NCBI GenBank assembly: GCA_963674535.1
Contig: OY771363.1
Coordinates: forward strand, 348,719 to 412,718
Length of the DNA: 64,000 nucleotides
Reading direction: 5' to 3'
Origin: Christensenellaceae bacterium
GTDB lineage: Bacteria > Bacillota > Clostridia > Christensenellales > CAG-138
Shown: one piece after another, positions 8,195-16,811 of the stretch
Numbering within the stretch: position 1 is the first letter of the stretch
Layout of the letters: every line of letters begins with the position of its first letter
Translations under genes and position numbers: made by a program
The notes under the pieces: model-generated
Told to the model about the DNA's origin: nothing
Databases searched by the model: none
What the model saw: only the letters and a program-made list of their open reading frames with translations

Positions 8195-10741
8195 ATGAAG
8201 CTGAACCTGCGTTTGTCCGCGGTTGCCCTCGCATTCTGTCTGTTGCTGGCCGTTTTACCCGCCGCCGCGCTTGCGGAGGGGGAGACCGGTTCTGCAGCCG
8301 CCGATTTGACGGAGCAATGCGTGCTTACGCCGTCCGGAGACGACGCCGATAAGGCGTACCGCGTGACGGACGCGTATACGGAGAGCTATCTTGAACTCTC
8401 CGAGGACAAGCCGTTTTCAATCACGCTGCCCGCGGGCGCAGCTGCGCAGGGGCTGTATCTCGAATGGTTCGACCTGCCGGGGGACTATACGATTGAGCAG
8501 TACGACGCCGCCGGAACGCTGCTTTCCAGCGCGGAGCGTCAGCCGTTTGTCAACTGCTATTTCCCGCTGGACGCAAGCGCCGCGTCGGTAAAGATCGTCT
8601 GCAACAGAGACACGTTTTTATCCTCGGTGCATGTATACGGCGAAGGCACGCTGCCGGCAACCGTCCAGCTCTGGGAGCCGACGCTGACGCAGGCGGACCT
8701 TCTCTTTATTGGCGCAACGCCGGACGCCGCGGTGACGGACTTTTACGCGCTGCTGGCGCTCTACACCGTGGAACACCAGATTCCCACCGTGCTGACCGTG
8801 CTTGAAAAGGAAAGCCGAACCGAACAGGGAGACCTGCTCGCGGGGCTCTGGCGTATGGGCGTTAAGAACTATCCCGTATTCGGCACGTTCAGCGCGCTCA
8901 ACAACGATTCGTATAAGCGGGTGCGCGGCTGGTGGGGCGTCAGCGCAACGCATTCGTTCATTCAGGATCAGCTCGAAGCCTACGGCGAGAAGATCGTCGT
9001 TACGCACGAGAACAGCGAAAACGCGTTCAACGCCGCCGCGCAGTACACCGCCGAAGTGGTAATGGAAAACACCGAAGATGCGGCAGACGATTACGAGAAC
9101 ATTCAAAAGGTATACTGCGTTTCTCCAACCGGCCAGACGGCGATCGACCTGGAACAGGTTCTCATAACGTTTGATGGCGCGAGACTGCTTGACGTGGCCA
9201 ACTACGCGTACCGGATGAATGCGGATATGCGCCGCTTCCATAAAACACTTTCGCCCTCCGCGGCGTTTACGCTGGCTTACTCCGCCGTGGGCGAGGATAC
9301 GACCGCGGGCGACCTGCTGGAAAACATCGATACGGCGTCTCTAAGCGGGTATGTTTCCCCAACGCCGTCGCCGACCCCGACGCCGGAGCCGACGCCAACC
9401 CCGACGCCTACGCCTATGGCAACGCCGGTGGCCGCACCCGTCGAGGCCGTTATAGCCGATGACGGCCCGACCCTCGACGAACTGGAACAGTACATGAACT
9501 GGGGGATGCTCATCGTAGCGCTGCTGGGTATCATAGGCAGTCTCTGGGTCGTTGTTGCGTCGTTTCGGTATCTTTCCGCGCGGTACGGAACGGGTCGCGC
9601 ACTTTTTTCCTCGCTGCTGCCGCTGCTGATTGCGGGCGCGCTGATTTGCGCGTTCCAGTTCTGGGCACGGCCAATGGTGGAGGATATTCTGGCAAGGGAG
9701 GAAGCCGCAAAGATTGCCGCCGCGACAACGCCGGAACCCACCCCCGAGCCGACGGGAACCCCCGTTGTGCTCACGCCGGAACCCACCGCGGAGACGACCG
9801 AAGAGCCCGCTACAATACTTGACGCCGACACGGAGCCGGACGCCGAAATGATCGGGATTGACGACGACCAGTATTACCGCTCTGCCGACGAACCGGCGGA
9901 AGTAATTGTCATCGATCCGGACGCGGGGCACTGGGAGTACAAAACCGACACGCTTTCCATTATCATCGACCGCGTGCTCGTGACCGAGCCAAAGCTGAAC
10001 CGGTATTTCGTAGCGCAGATCCGTATGCGCGGCGAGGACGGCTTCCGCACCGTACAGGCGGCGGAAAACCGCAACGGCAAGGGCGCAATTCGCCCCTGGA
10101 TTCTCGCGCGGGACACACAGTCCGTCCTGCTGGTGACCGGCGACAACCTGATTGAGAGCGACGCGGGCTATAAGGGGATTTTGATTCGCGACGGCATTAT
10201 TTTTCAGGACGACGAGGGCAAGGACTGCATGGCGATGTACCCCGATTTGACCATGAAGCTGTATGCCAAGAATTCCACGAGCGTGGAGAATCTGCTTGCC
10301 GACGGCGTACGGGACGTGTTTTCGTTCGGCCCGGTGCTGGTGGAAAACGGGGAAGTTAACCAGGCTTCCGGCGAGCACCGCCTGAGCCGCAGAAACAACC
10401 CGCGTACGGGCATTGGCATGGTGGAGCCGGGACATTTTGTGGTCATCGTTTGCGACGGGCGTCAGCCGGAATCCAGCCTGGGCATGTTCCTGCCGGAGTT
10501 TGCGCAGCTGTTCGTTGACCAGGGCTGCACGACGGCCTACAACCTCGATGGCGGCGTCTCCGCCTGCATGGTGTTCATGGGCGAACAGCTCAACCAGCAC
10601 GGCAACAAGCGCGTTGGAACCTATCAGGACTCTTACCAGCGGCGCGTACCGGACGGCCTCGTTTGGGGCTATTCGGATTTAGTGCCCGGTGAGGACGATC
10701 CGGTCTACAACACCGGCACGAGCGAAACCGCCACCCCGTGA
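8195..10741 (+). CDS. Multidomain envelope protein with a C-terminal phosphodiester glycosidase (NAGPA/DUF2233) domain
   Basis: Signal peptide, Pro/Thr-rich linkers and two central TM helices. The C-terminal pattern GYKGILIRDG...FSFGPVLVENG...NPRTGIGMVEPGHFVVIVCDGRQ...AYNLDGGVSA is typical of the phosphodiester glycosidase family. Confidence 0.8.
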   Translation: MKLNLRLSAVALAFCLLLAVLPAAALAEGETGSAAADLTEQCVLTPSGDDADKAYRVTDAYTESYLELSEDKPFSITLPAGAAAQGLYLEWFDLPGDYTIEQYDAAGTLLSSAERQPFVNCYFPLDASAASVKIVCNRDTFLSSVHVYGEGTLPATVQLWEPTLTQADLLFIGATPDAAVTDFYALLALYTVEHQIPTVLTVLEKESRTEQGDLLAGLWRMGVKNYPVFGTFSALNNDSYKRVRGWWGVSATHSFIQDQLEAYGEKIVVTHENSENAFNAAAQYTAEVVMENTEDAADDYENIQKVYCVSPTGQTAIDLEQVLITFDGARLLDVANYAYRMNADMRRFHKTLSPSAAFTLAYSAVGEDTTAGDLLENIDTASLSGYVSPTPSPTPTPEPTPTPTPTPMATPVAAPVEAVIADDGPTLDELEQYMNWGMLIVALLGIIGSLWVVVASFRYLSARYGTGRALFSSLLPLLIAGALICAFQFWARPMVEDILAREEAAKIAAATTPEPTPEPTGTPVVLTPEPTAETTEEPATILDADTEPDAEMIGIDDDQYYRSADEPAEVIVIDPDAGHWEYKTDTLSIIIDRVLVTEPKLNRYFVAQIRMRGEDGFRTVQAAENRNGKGAIRPWILARDTQSVLLVTGDNLIESDAGYKGILIRDGIIFQDDEGKDCMAMYPDLTMKLYAKNSTSVENLLADGVRDVFSFGPVLVENGEVNQASGEHRLSRRNNPRTGIGMVEPGHFVVIVCDGRQPESSLGMFLPEFAQLFVDQGCTTAYNLDGGVSACMVFMGEQLNQHGNKRVGTYQDSYQRRVPDGLVWGYSDLVPGEDDPVYNTGTSETATP

Positions 10742-10760
10742 TGGGGAGGGATGGAGCTTT

Positions 10761-10915
10761 GGGGCTCTGCCCCAAACCCCGCTAAGGGGCAAACCCCTTA
10801 GAACCCTAACTCAATATAAAAAATGAGTGGAGCCGCTAGGACTCCGCTCTTTTTAAATATGGGGTTTTCAAAGGGGCAATGCCCCTTTGACGGGAGTTCG
10901 AGGGCAGAGCGCTCG
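10761..10915 (+). repeat. GC-rich modular hairpin repeat, family 1, copy A
   Basis: Hairpins GGGGCtctGCCCC, CTAAGGGGcaaaCCCCTTAG, TCAAAGGGGCaatGCCCCTTTGA and CGAGGGcagagcGCTCG. The same modules recur at 23363, 25321 and 35531. Confidence 0.6.
10825..10854 (+). terminator. Intrinsic terminator after the 8195..10741 gene
   Basis: GAGTGGAG-ccgctagga-CTCCGCTC followed by TTTTT. Confidence 0.6.
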
Positions 10916-10928
10916 TGATTCTTTGGCA

Positions 10929-10965
10929 TAAAAAAGAGCGGAACCGTCAAGCTCCGCTCTTTTTG
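10929..10965 (-). terminator. Bidirectional intrinsic terminator; serves the 10974..13058 gene
   Basis: AAAAAAGAGCGGA-loop-TCCGCTCTTTTT. The stem is flanked by an A-run and a T-run. Confidence 0.7.
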
Positions 10966-10973
10966 TGTTATGA

Positions 10974-13058
10974 TTATTTGTGGTGGCGACGGCGCTTGCT
11001 GTTGGCGTTGAACTGCATCATCAGCAACACGATGGCAAACAGTAGGACGATTCCGCCGCAGATGTAAACCCAGGAAAACGTTCCAACGGTGACCGGCTTG
11101 AGCAGGGGTTCCGTCGCGCTCTTTTCGAAGGGCTGGACGCTGCCGGACTGCTGGATGGACGTTTCGGCGTAGTTCTCGTCGCCCGCGCGGTTGATCTTGA
11201 GCGTGTATTTCTCATTCTCGCGCGCGGTTACGGTTACGGTGAAGGTATCGTACAGTCCGCCGGTCGACGGAGTAACCTTACAGCCGCTCGGGTCAAAGCT
11301 GATCGCGCCCGTTCCGCTGCCGCCGGAGAGTTTGATATCGAACGAATCGCCCGAATGGACATTTTCACTCCAGCCGGCAACCGAGAGAATGGTCTGGTTT
11401 GCGCCCATGGTCGTGCCCGCTACGGTCTGTTCGGAAGCCGCTTCATAGCTTGCGTCGCCAGCTTTGCCAACGGTGACGGAGTATCCGGTCTTGGCCAGCG
11501 GGTAAACCGAGATAACGTAAACGTTTGTCTCGCCGCTCTTGAGGCGCGCGGTGCAGCCCTCGTCGGTCGTAATAGAGGTAGCGCCCGTTCCGTTGCCGCC
11601 CGCTACGGTGACTTCAAACGAACTGCCCGCGGGTGCACAGTCGATCCAGCCTTCCACGCGGAGCGCGCCCTGCGGCCCCTTGAGGGATTGACCGTTGTAC
11701 GTGCGCGTGTTGGAGGATTCGTAGTGCTCGGTTCCGTCCATGATCGCCGAGAGCGAATAGCCGCCTGCGGAGGTCACCGTTACGGTGAACTGCGTTTCGG
11801 TCGTACCCGTCGCGGGAGAAACCGTGCAGCCGCTGGCGAGGAAGCTGATGTTCGCGCCCGTAACGCCGCCGCTGACGCGGATGGGGAAGGAATCGTTGCA
11901 GCAGCGCGAGTCGGACCAGCCGGAGACGGAGAGCGCCGGCGAGGAAGACTTCGTTGCAATTCCGCTGGCGAACGCGCTGGAGGTAAAGTAGCCGTAGTTG
12001 CCCGCGCGGGTCGCCGTTATAGCGTAGGGGCCTACGGAAGTGACTTTGATTTCATATTCGTCCGAAGAGAGCTTGGTGACTTCGCATCCCATCGGATCAA
12101 TGGTCAGCGCTTCGGAGGTGCTGCCGCCGTAGATCTTGCAGGTAAAGGTATCGGTGCAGGAAGACTCCTCCACCCAGCCGTCGATATGGATGGGCGACTG
12201 GTTGGACTTGCTGGAGCAGCCGCTCATGCGCGCCGAGGAGACGCTGTTGAAGTCGCGGCTTCCGTCCATCACGGCGGTCAGCTCATAGCCGCCGACGCGG
12301 GTTACGGTAACCTTGAACTCGGTGCCGGCCGCGCCGACTTCCGGCGTAACGGTGCATCCGTCGGTGATAAACGTAATCGCACCAGAGGTGCTGCCGCCCT
12401 GCACGCTGATATTGAACGAATCGTAGTAATCCTGCGCGCCGCCCCAGCCGCTTACGGAAAGGGGCATTTGGTCGGCTCTTCCGGCAACGCCTGTGCGCGT
12501 ATCCCGCAAGGCTTCGGCATTCCCGCCGTCCGCCATGGCGGTCAGGGAATAGGCTCCGGCTCCGGTAACGGTAATGGTGTAGGTGCCGTCCGCGGTGCCG
12601 TCCTGCGGGAAGATGGTGCAGTTCGTCGTGGCAAAGCTGACGGGCTGGCCTTCCTCGATACCCTTGAGCGTAACTTCAAAGGTATCGCCGCAGTTCTTCG
12701 CGCCCTGCCAGGAAACGATGGAAAGCGCGTTTGCGTCTCTCAATGCAAACGCCGCGCTGTCGCCCGCCGGGGATTCGTTTACGGGCTGGAACTGAATGAT
12801 GCTTTCGCTCTCCTGCTCGACGGGAGCGGCGGCTTCCTGCTCTTCGGCAATCTGGAAGGACTGCAAAAGTGTTTTGGTTGCCGCGCTGGCAGGTTTCAAG
12901 GCAAAAACGCCGATGAATGCAGCCGCGAGAATGCATCCGATCAGCGTCAGAGTTTTTTGACGTCTTTTTCTTTTTGCACGGGTATGAAACCGGTCGCGAT
13001 TTGCGCTTCGGTTGGGTTGAACGGAACCTGAATTGTAGGATTTTTCCGTTTGGCCCAT
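10974..13058 (-). CDS. Cell-surface protein with six tandem ~90-aa Ig-like repeats and a C-terminal TM anchor
   Basis: Start MGQTEK after GGGGAGAA. N-terminal signal/anchor (LTLIGCILAAAFIGVFALKPASA). Six repeats of the pattern L.V.GW....D.F.I.V.GG...GAI.F...GC.V.P.......F.VTVT..GGY.L.A. C-terminal TM plus KRRRHHK. Confidence 0.8.
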   Translation of the reverse strand: MGQTEKSYNSGSVQPNRSANRDRFHTRAKRKRRQKTLTLIGCILAAAFIGVFALKPASAATKTLLQSFQIAEEQEAAAPVEQESESIIQFQPVNESPAGDSAAFALRDANALSIVSWQGAKNCGDTFEVTLKGIEEGQPVSFATTNCTIFPQDGTADGTYTITVTGAGAYSLTAMADGGNAEALRDTRTGVAGRADQMPLSVSGWGGAQDYYDSFNISVQGGSTSGAITFITDGCTVTPEVGAAGTEFKVTVTRVGGYELTAVMDGSRDFNSVSSARMSGCSSKSNQSPIHIDGWVEESSCTDTFTCKIYGGSTSEALTIDPMGCEVTKLSSDEYEIKVTSVGPYAITATRAGNYGYFTSSAFASGIATKSSSPALSVSGWSDSRCCNDSFPIRVSGGVTGANISFLASGCTVSPATGTTETQFTVTVTSAGGYSLSAIMDGTEHYESSNTRTYNGQSLKGPQGALRVEGWIDCAPAGSSFEVTVAGGNGTGATSITTDEGCTARLKSGETNVYVISVYPLAKTGYSVTVGKAGDASYEAASEQTVAGTTMGANQTILSVAGWSENVHSGDSFDIKLSGGSGTGAISFDPSGCKVTPSTGGLYDTFTVTVTARENEKYTLKINRAGDENYAETSIQQSGSVQPFEKSATEPLLKPVTVGTFSWVYICGGIVLLFAIVLLMMQFNANSKRRRHHK

Positions 13059-13169
13059 TCGGTTTCTCCCCAATATGAATATACGGTGATCGCCCCAAAA
13101 ACGGAGCACTGGCACGACTTTGAAGCGTGTAACAAATTCGTTACGGTATATTCATGGAAATTTAATATT

Positions 13170-13198
13170 ATACTATCGTTTCGAGTGCATGTTGTCAA
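13170..13198 (-). promoter_or_regulatory. Sigma-70-like promoter for the repeat surface protein
   Basis: Minus strand: TTGACA, 17 nt, TAGTAT, within an AT-rich intergenic region. Confidence 0.45.
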
Positions 13199-13344
13199 GG
13201 GGTAAGCATCAAACTCTTGTACTTTTCTGTCACATGCAACACCACATGTTGGGGGTGTTGAAAAATGTTTAAAAATAATTTTTTTGGCATTTCCGGCAGA
13301 AAATGCATACGAAAACCGAGTTTGTATAACGAGTGGGGAAACGT

Positions 13345-13373
13345 TTCCAATTTCAGCCGAAATTTGGTATAAT
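13345..13373 (+). promoter_or_regulatory. Extended -10 promoter for the moeA operon
   Basis: TTCCAA, 17 nt, TATAAT, with TG at -15/-14 (TGgTATAAT). Confidence 0.45.
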
Positions 13374-13464
13374 AAACAAGGTTTTCGCATGAAAATTCAA
13401 CATTTTTCGCAAGATACAGGGCGATCGGCCGATCCGATCCCGTTTTGAAAGCAGAGGAAGCGCC

Positions 13465-14667
13465 GTGTTAAATGTATGCACCCTCGAGAGTGCCCGAAAC
13501 CTGCTCCAAAACTTCAGCAGAGCGCGCGAGAGCGGAAGCGAACTAATTCCGCTGGAACGCGCGCTCGGACGGGTGCTCCGGCAGGACGTTTTTTGCCTGG
13601 AGGACGTACCCGGATTTACGCGGAGCAGCGTGGACGGCTATGCCGTCGTGTCTCTAGATACCTTTGGCGCGTCTTCGAGCATGCCTGCGCTGCTGCGGCT
13701 GGCGGGGGAAGTGCGCATGGGGCAGAGCCCTTCGTTTTCGCTGAAAAGCGGCGAGTGCGCTGCGGTGCCGACCGGCGGGGAGCTGCCGCAGGGTGCGGAC
13801 GCGATGGTCATGCTGGAGGAAACGGAAGCGTTTGCGGACGGCATGATTGCCGTGGAAACGCCCGCAGCGCCCAGCAAGCACCTGATCTTTGCCGGGGACG
13901 ACGCCAAGAAAGGCCGTATTGTGCTGAGCCGTGGAACGGCGCTTACCCCGCGTGGTATCGGCGCGTTGGCCGCGTTGGGATATGCCGAAGTGGAAGTGGC
14001 CAAGCGCCCGCGCGTCTGCGTTCTCTCCACGGGGGACGAACTGGTCGATCCCGCGAAAAAGCCCGTCGGCGCGGAAGTGCGGGACGTCAACGGCGTAATG
14101 CTGACCGCGGCGGCAGCGCAGGCGGGCGCGGAAGCGGCGTTCTGCGGCTGCGTGCCGGATGACGCGGAACTGCTTTTACAAAGAATTCTGGCGTGCTGCA
14201 AGGATTGTGATATTCTTTTGCTCTCCGGCGGCAGTTCGGTTGGGGTCAAGGACGCGGCGGCAAAATGCGTTTCCAGCCTTGGCGAGATGCTGTTTCACGG
14301 ACTTGCGGTCAAGCCCGGGAAGCCCGCGTTTGCGGGAACGATCGGGCAAACGCTGGTAGTCGGCCTGCCTGGGCATCCGGCGGCGGCGTACTTCGTGTTT
14401 GAATTGCTCGCGCGTCCCGCAATCTATGCTATGCTTGGGCAAACCGCGCGGGAACACGCGGTTTCGGCTAAGCTCACTTCGGCGGTGCCTTCCAACACCG
14501 GGCGGGAAGAGTATGTTGCCGTGCGGCTGGAGCAGGGCGCTGCGGAACCGCTGATCAGCAAATCCGGCCTGATTTCCGTGCTTTCGCGCGCGGATGGCTA
14601 TCTCTGCATCTCGCGCGACGCGGAAGGCCTGCCCAAAGGCGCGGGCGTGGACGTGCATCTGTTTTAA
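13465..14667 (+). CDS. moeA: Molybdopterin molybdotransferase MoeA
   Basis: FTRSSVDGYAVV, VPTGGELPQGADAMVMLE, VLSTGDELV and ILLLSGGSSVGVKD...HGLAVKPGKP. GTG start after AGAGGAAG. Confidence 0.9.
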   Translation: MLNVCTLESARNLLQNFSRARESGSELIPLERALGRVLRQDVFCLEDVPGFTRSSVDGYAVVSLDTFGASSSMPALLRLAGEVRMGQSPSFSLKSGECAAVPTGGELPQGADAMVMLEETEAFADGMIAVETPAAPSKHLIFAGDDAKKGRIVLSRGTALTPRGIGALAALGYAEVEVAKRPRVCVLSTGDELVDPAKKPVGAEVRDVNGVMLTAAAAQAGAEAAFCGCVPDDAELLLQRILACCKDCDILLLSGGSSVGVKDAAAKCVSSLGEMLFHGLAVKPGKPAFAGTIGQTLVVGLPGHPAAAYFVFELLARPAIYAMLGQTAREHAVSAKLTSAVPSNTGREEYVAVRLEQGAAEPLISKSGLISVLSRADGYLCISRDAEGLPKGAGVDVHLF

Positions 14668-14716
14668 CGCTGCCTCGCATTGCGCGGCGGCTGACGTATC
14701 AAATCAATCAATAACA

Positions 14717-16663
14717 ATGGGAAACGAGCTGAGAACAATGGAGTTTGAATATTTGAGCAACACCCCCCTGCAGGAAGCCGTGCGCGGTTTTCTGACGTTT
14801 TTGCGTACGAACGGCATGACCTACCGGACGGAGATGGCTGCGTCCGCCGACGCGCTCGATCGCGTGACGGCCTGCGCGGTCTACGCCAAACTCTGCGCGC
14901 CGCACTACACCGCCTGCGCGATGGACGGCATTGCGCTCGCGGCAAAGATCACCTTCGGCGCGAGCGAAACTACGCCCGTTCTGCTGGAACAGAGCGACTA
15001 TATCCGCGTGGACACAGGCGATATGCTGCCGGAAGGCTGCGACGCGGTGGTGATGATGGAAGACTGCGTCGAACAGGACGAAAAGATTGCGCTCTATACG
15101 GCAGCCGCGCCCTGGCAGCATGTACGCCAGATTGGCGAGGATATCTCGGCGGGGGACATGATTCTGCCGTCGTTCTGCATAGTTGAACCGGCGATGATAG
15201 GCGCTATGCTCGCGGGCGGCGTGCTGTCGCTGGAGGCGGTTTGTAGGCCGAAGGTCGGCATTATCCCTACAGGGGACGAAATCGTGCTGCCCAGCGTGAA
15301 CCCGCGCGAGGGAGAAGTGATGGAGTTCAACTCCGCCATCTTTTCCGGCATGCTGCGCCGCTGGGGCGCGGAGCCGCTTGTTTACCCCATCGTGCCGGAC
15401 GACCCGGAACAGATTCGCGCGCATCTGAAGACGGCGGCGGAGGAGTGCGACGTGGTGCTGCTCTGCGCGGGTACATCCGCCGGACGTGACGACGGAACCG
15501 TCTCCGCCATTGCGTCGCTTGGCGAAGTGTATCTCCACGGCGTGGCAATTCGCCCGGGAAAGCCTGCCGCGCTGGGGCGAATTGGCGCAAAGCCGGTGTT
15601 CGGCGTGCCGGGGTATCCCGTTTCCGGCATCGTCGTGCTGGAAGAGCTGGTGCGCCCCGTGATCGACGCGTTGCTCATGCGCGAGCGGGAAGCCGGCGAA
15701 ACGGTCTGCGTGCGCATGGGGCGGCGGCTCAACTCCTCGCTGAAATACCGCGAGTTCGTGCGGGCAACGCTTGGCCTTGGCGCGGACGGCCAGCTTTCCG
15801 CCGTGCCGCTGGATCGGGGCGCGGGCGTTGTGACGTCGTTTGTCAAAGCGGACTGCCTGCTGGACGTTCCGCAGAACTGCGAAGGGTATGAAGCGGGCGA
15901 CCGCGCGTTTGCGCGTCTGCTCAAGCCGGTGGATCGCATTGCGCGAACCATCCGCATCCTCGGCAGCCACGACCCGCTCATCGACGAGGCGGCGGACGAA
16001 CTGCGGCGCATGGACATTGGCATGCACGTTTCCAGCGCGCATGTCGGCAGCATGGGGGCGATTCTTGCGCTTTCGCGCGGGGAAGCGCAGATGGGTGGTG
16101 TGCACCTGCTGGATGAAAGCGACGGCAGCTACAATGTTTCCTATATAGAGAAGTATTTCCCCAATGGCGGCGTGGCGCTGATAGAATGTGTCCGTCGCAC
16201 GCAAGGGCTTATGGTGAAAAAAGGCAACCCCAAGGGCATTCGGGGCATTGCCGACCTCGCGCGCGGGGACGTTTCCTACGTGAATCGACAGAAGGGTGCG
16301 GGTACGCGCGTGCTGCTGGATTACCTGCTTCGGCAGGAGGAAATCGAACCCGCCCAAGTAAACGGATACGCGCGCGAGGAGCTCACGCATACCGCCGTTG
16401 CCGCGCAGGTGCGTTCGGGCGGCGCGGACTGCGGGCTTGGCATTCTCTCGGCGGCGCGCATCTACGATTTGGATTTCATTCCGCTCTGCGGCGAGCAGTA
16501 CGACCTGCTGGCGAGCCTCTCCGCGCTGGAGAGCCCGCAGGTGCGCGCGTTTCTGCGCGTGCTGGGCAGCGAAGCGTTTGCAAAGCGCCTGGAAAAGCTC
16601 GGCGGCTACGAACTCGACCGCCCCGGCCGCATCCGCAAGCTCTGGCCGGAAAAGGAAGCGTAA
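14717..16663 (+). CDS. MoeA-type molybdopterin molybdotransferase fused to a C-terminal periplasmic-binding-protein-like (molybdate/PBP-like) domain
   Basis: The N-terminal ~400 aa is MoeA-like (CAMDGIAL, IIPTGDEIV, HGVAIRPGKP). The C-terminal ~230 aa (IRILGSHDPLIDEAA...VHLLDESDGSYN...VNRQKGAGTRVLLD) resembles a PBP-like_2 domain. The start was chosen at ATG 14717; 14738 is also possible. Confidence 0.85.
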   Translation: MGNELRTMEFEYLSNTPLQEAVRGFLTFLRTNGMTYRTEMAASADALDRVTACAVYAKLCAPHYTACAMDGIALAAKITFGASETTPVLLEQSDYIRVDTGDMLPEGCDAVVMMEDCVEQDEKIALYTAAAPWQHVRQIGEDISAGDMILPSFCIVEPAMIGAMLAGGVLSLEAVCRPKVGIIPTGDEIVLPSVNPREGEVMEFNSAIFSGMLRRWGAEPLVYPIVPDDPEQIRAHLKTAAEECDVVLLCAGTSAGRDDGTVSAIASLGEVYLHGVAIRPGKPAALGRIGAKPVFGVPGYPVSGIVVLEELVRPVIDALLMREREAGETVCVRMGRRLNSSLKYREFVRATLGLGADGQLSAVPLDRGAGVVTSFVKADCLLDVPQNCEGYEAGDRAFARLLKPVDRIARTIRILGSHDPLIDEAADELRRMDIGMHVSSAHVGSMGAILALSRGEAQMGGVHLLDESDGSYNVSYIEKYFPNGGVALIECVRRTQGLMVKKGNPKGIRGIADLARGDVSYVNRQKGAGTRVLLDYLLRQEEIEPAQVNGYAREELTHTAVAAQVRSGGADCGLGILSAARIYDLDFIPLCGEQYDLLASLSALESPQVRAFLRVLGSEAFAKRLEKLGGYELDRPGRIRKLWPEKEA

Positions 16664-16705
16664 GCAAACGCATTTTGGACGTTTGACCAGAAAAAACGCT
16701 TGCAC

Positions 16706-16734
16706 TTGCCAAAAATAGTTTGCCGCCGTATGAT
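16706..16734 (+). promoter_or_regulatory. Sigma-70-like promoter for moaC-MOSC-moaA-MOSC
   Basis: TTGCCA, 17 nt, TATGAT. Confidence 0.55.
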
Positions 16735-16751
16735 AGCAGTAAGAGGGATGA

Positions 16752-16784
16752 TAGGTAATCGAGGGCTTTGCCCTCGATTACCTA
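16752..16784 (+). promoter_or_regulatory. Perfect 15-bp stem-loop in the moaC 5' UTR
   Basis: TAGGTAATCGAGGGC-ttt-GCCCTCGATTACCTA. No U-tract follows it (AAAAATAA). The core CGAGGG..CCCTCG matches hairpin module H4 of repeat family 1. Confidence 0.5.
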
Positions 16785-16811
16785 AAAATAACGAAAGGAC
16801 GTGGCGGACTG

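Noticed and set aside
9355-9425. Short-period DNA repeat (CCGACGCCG-type units). Longer internal repeats lie at 11200..12800 and 48100..49575.
   Set aside because: These are not CRISPR or non-coding satellites. They encode Pro/Thr linkers and tandem protein domains in frame within long ORFs.
14708-16705. A 665-aa minus-strand ORF. Similar long antisense ORFs lie at 6431..8116, 9341..10600, 11355..13031, 37824..38945, 42450..43871, 48127..49917, 51746..53059 and 61320..62474.
   Set aside because: Each lies exactly antisense to a gene with clear family motifs. Their translations are low-complexity and Arg/Ala/Gly/His-rich with no recognisable motifs, which is typical of shadow ORFs in high-GC DNA.
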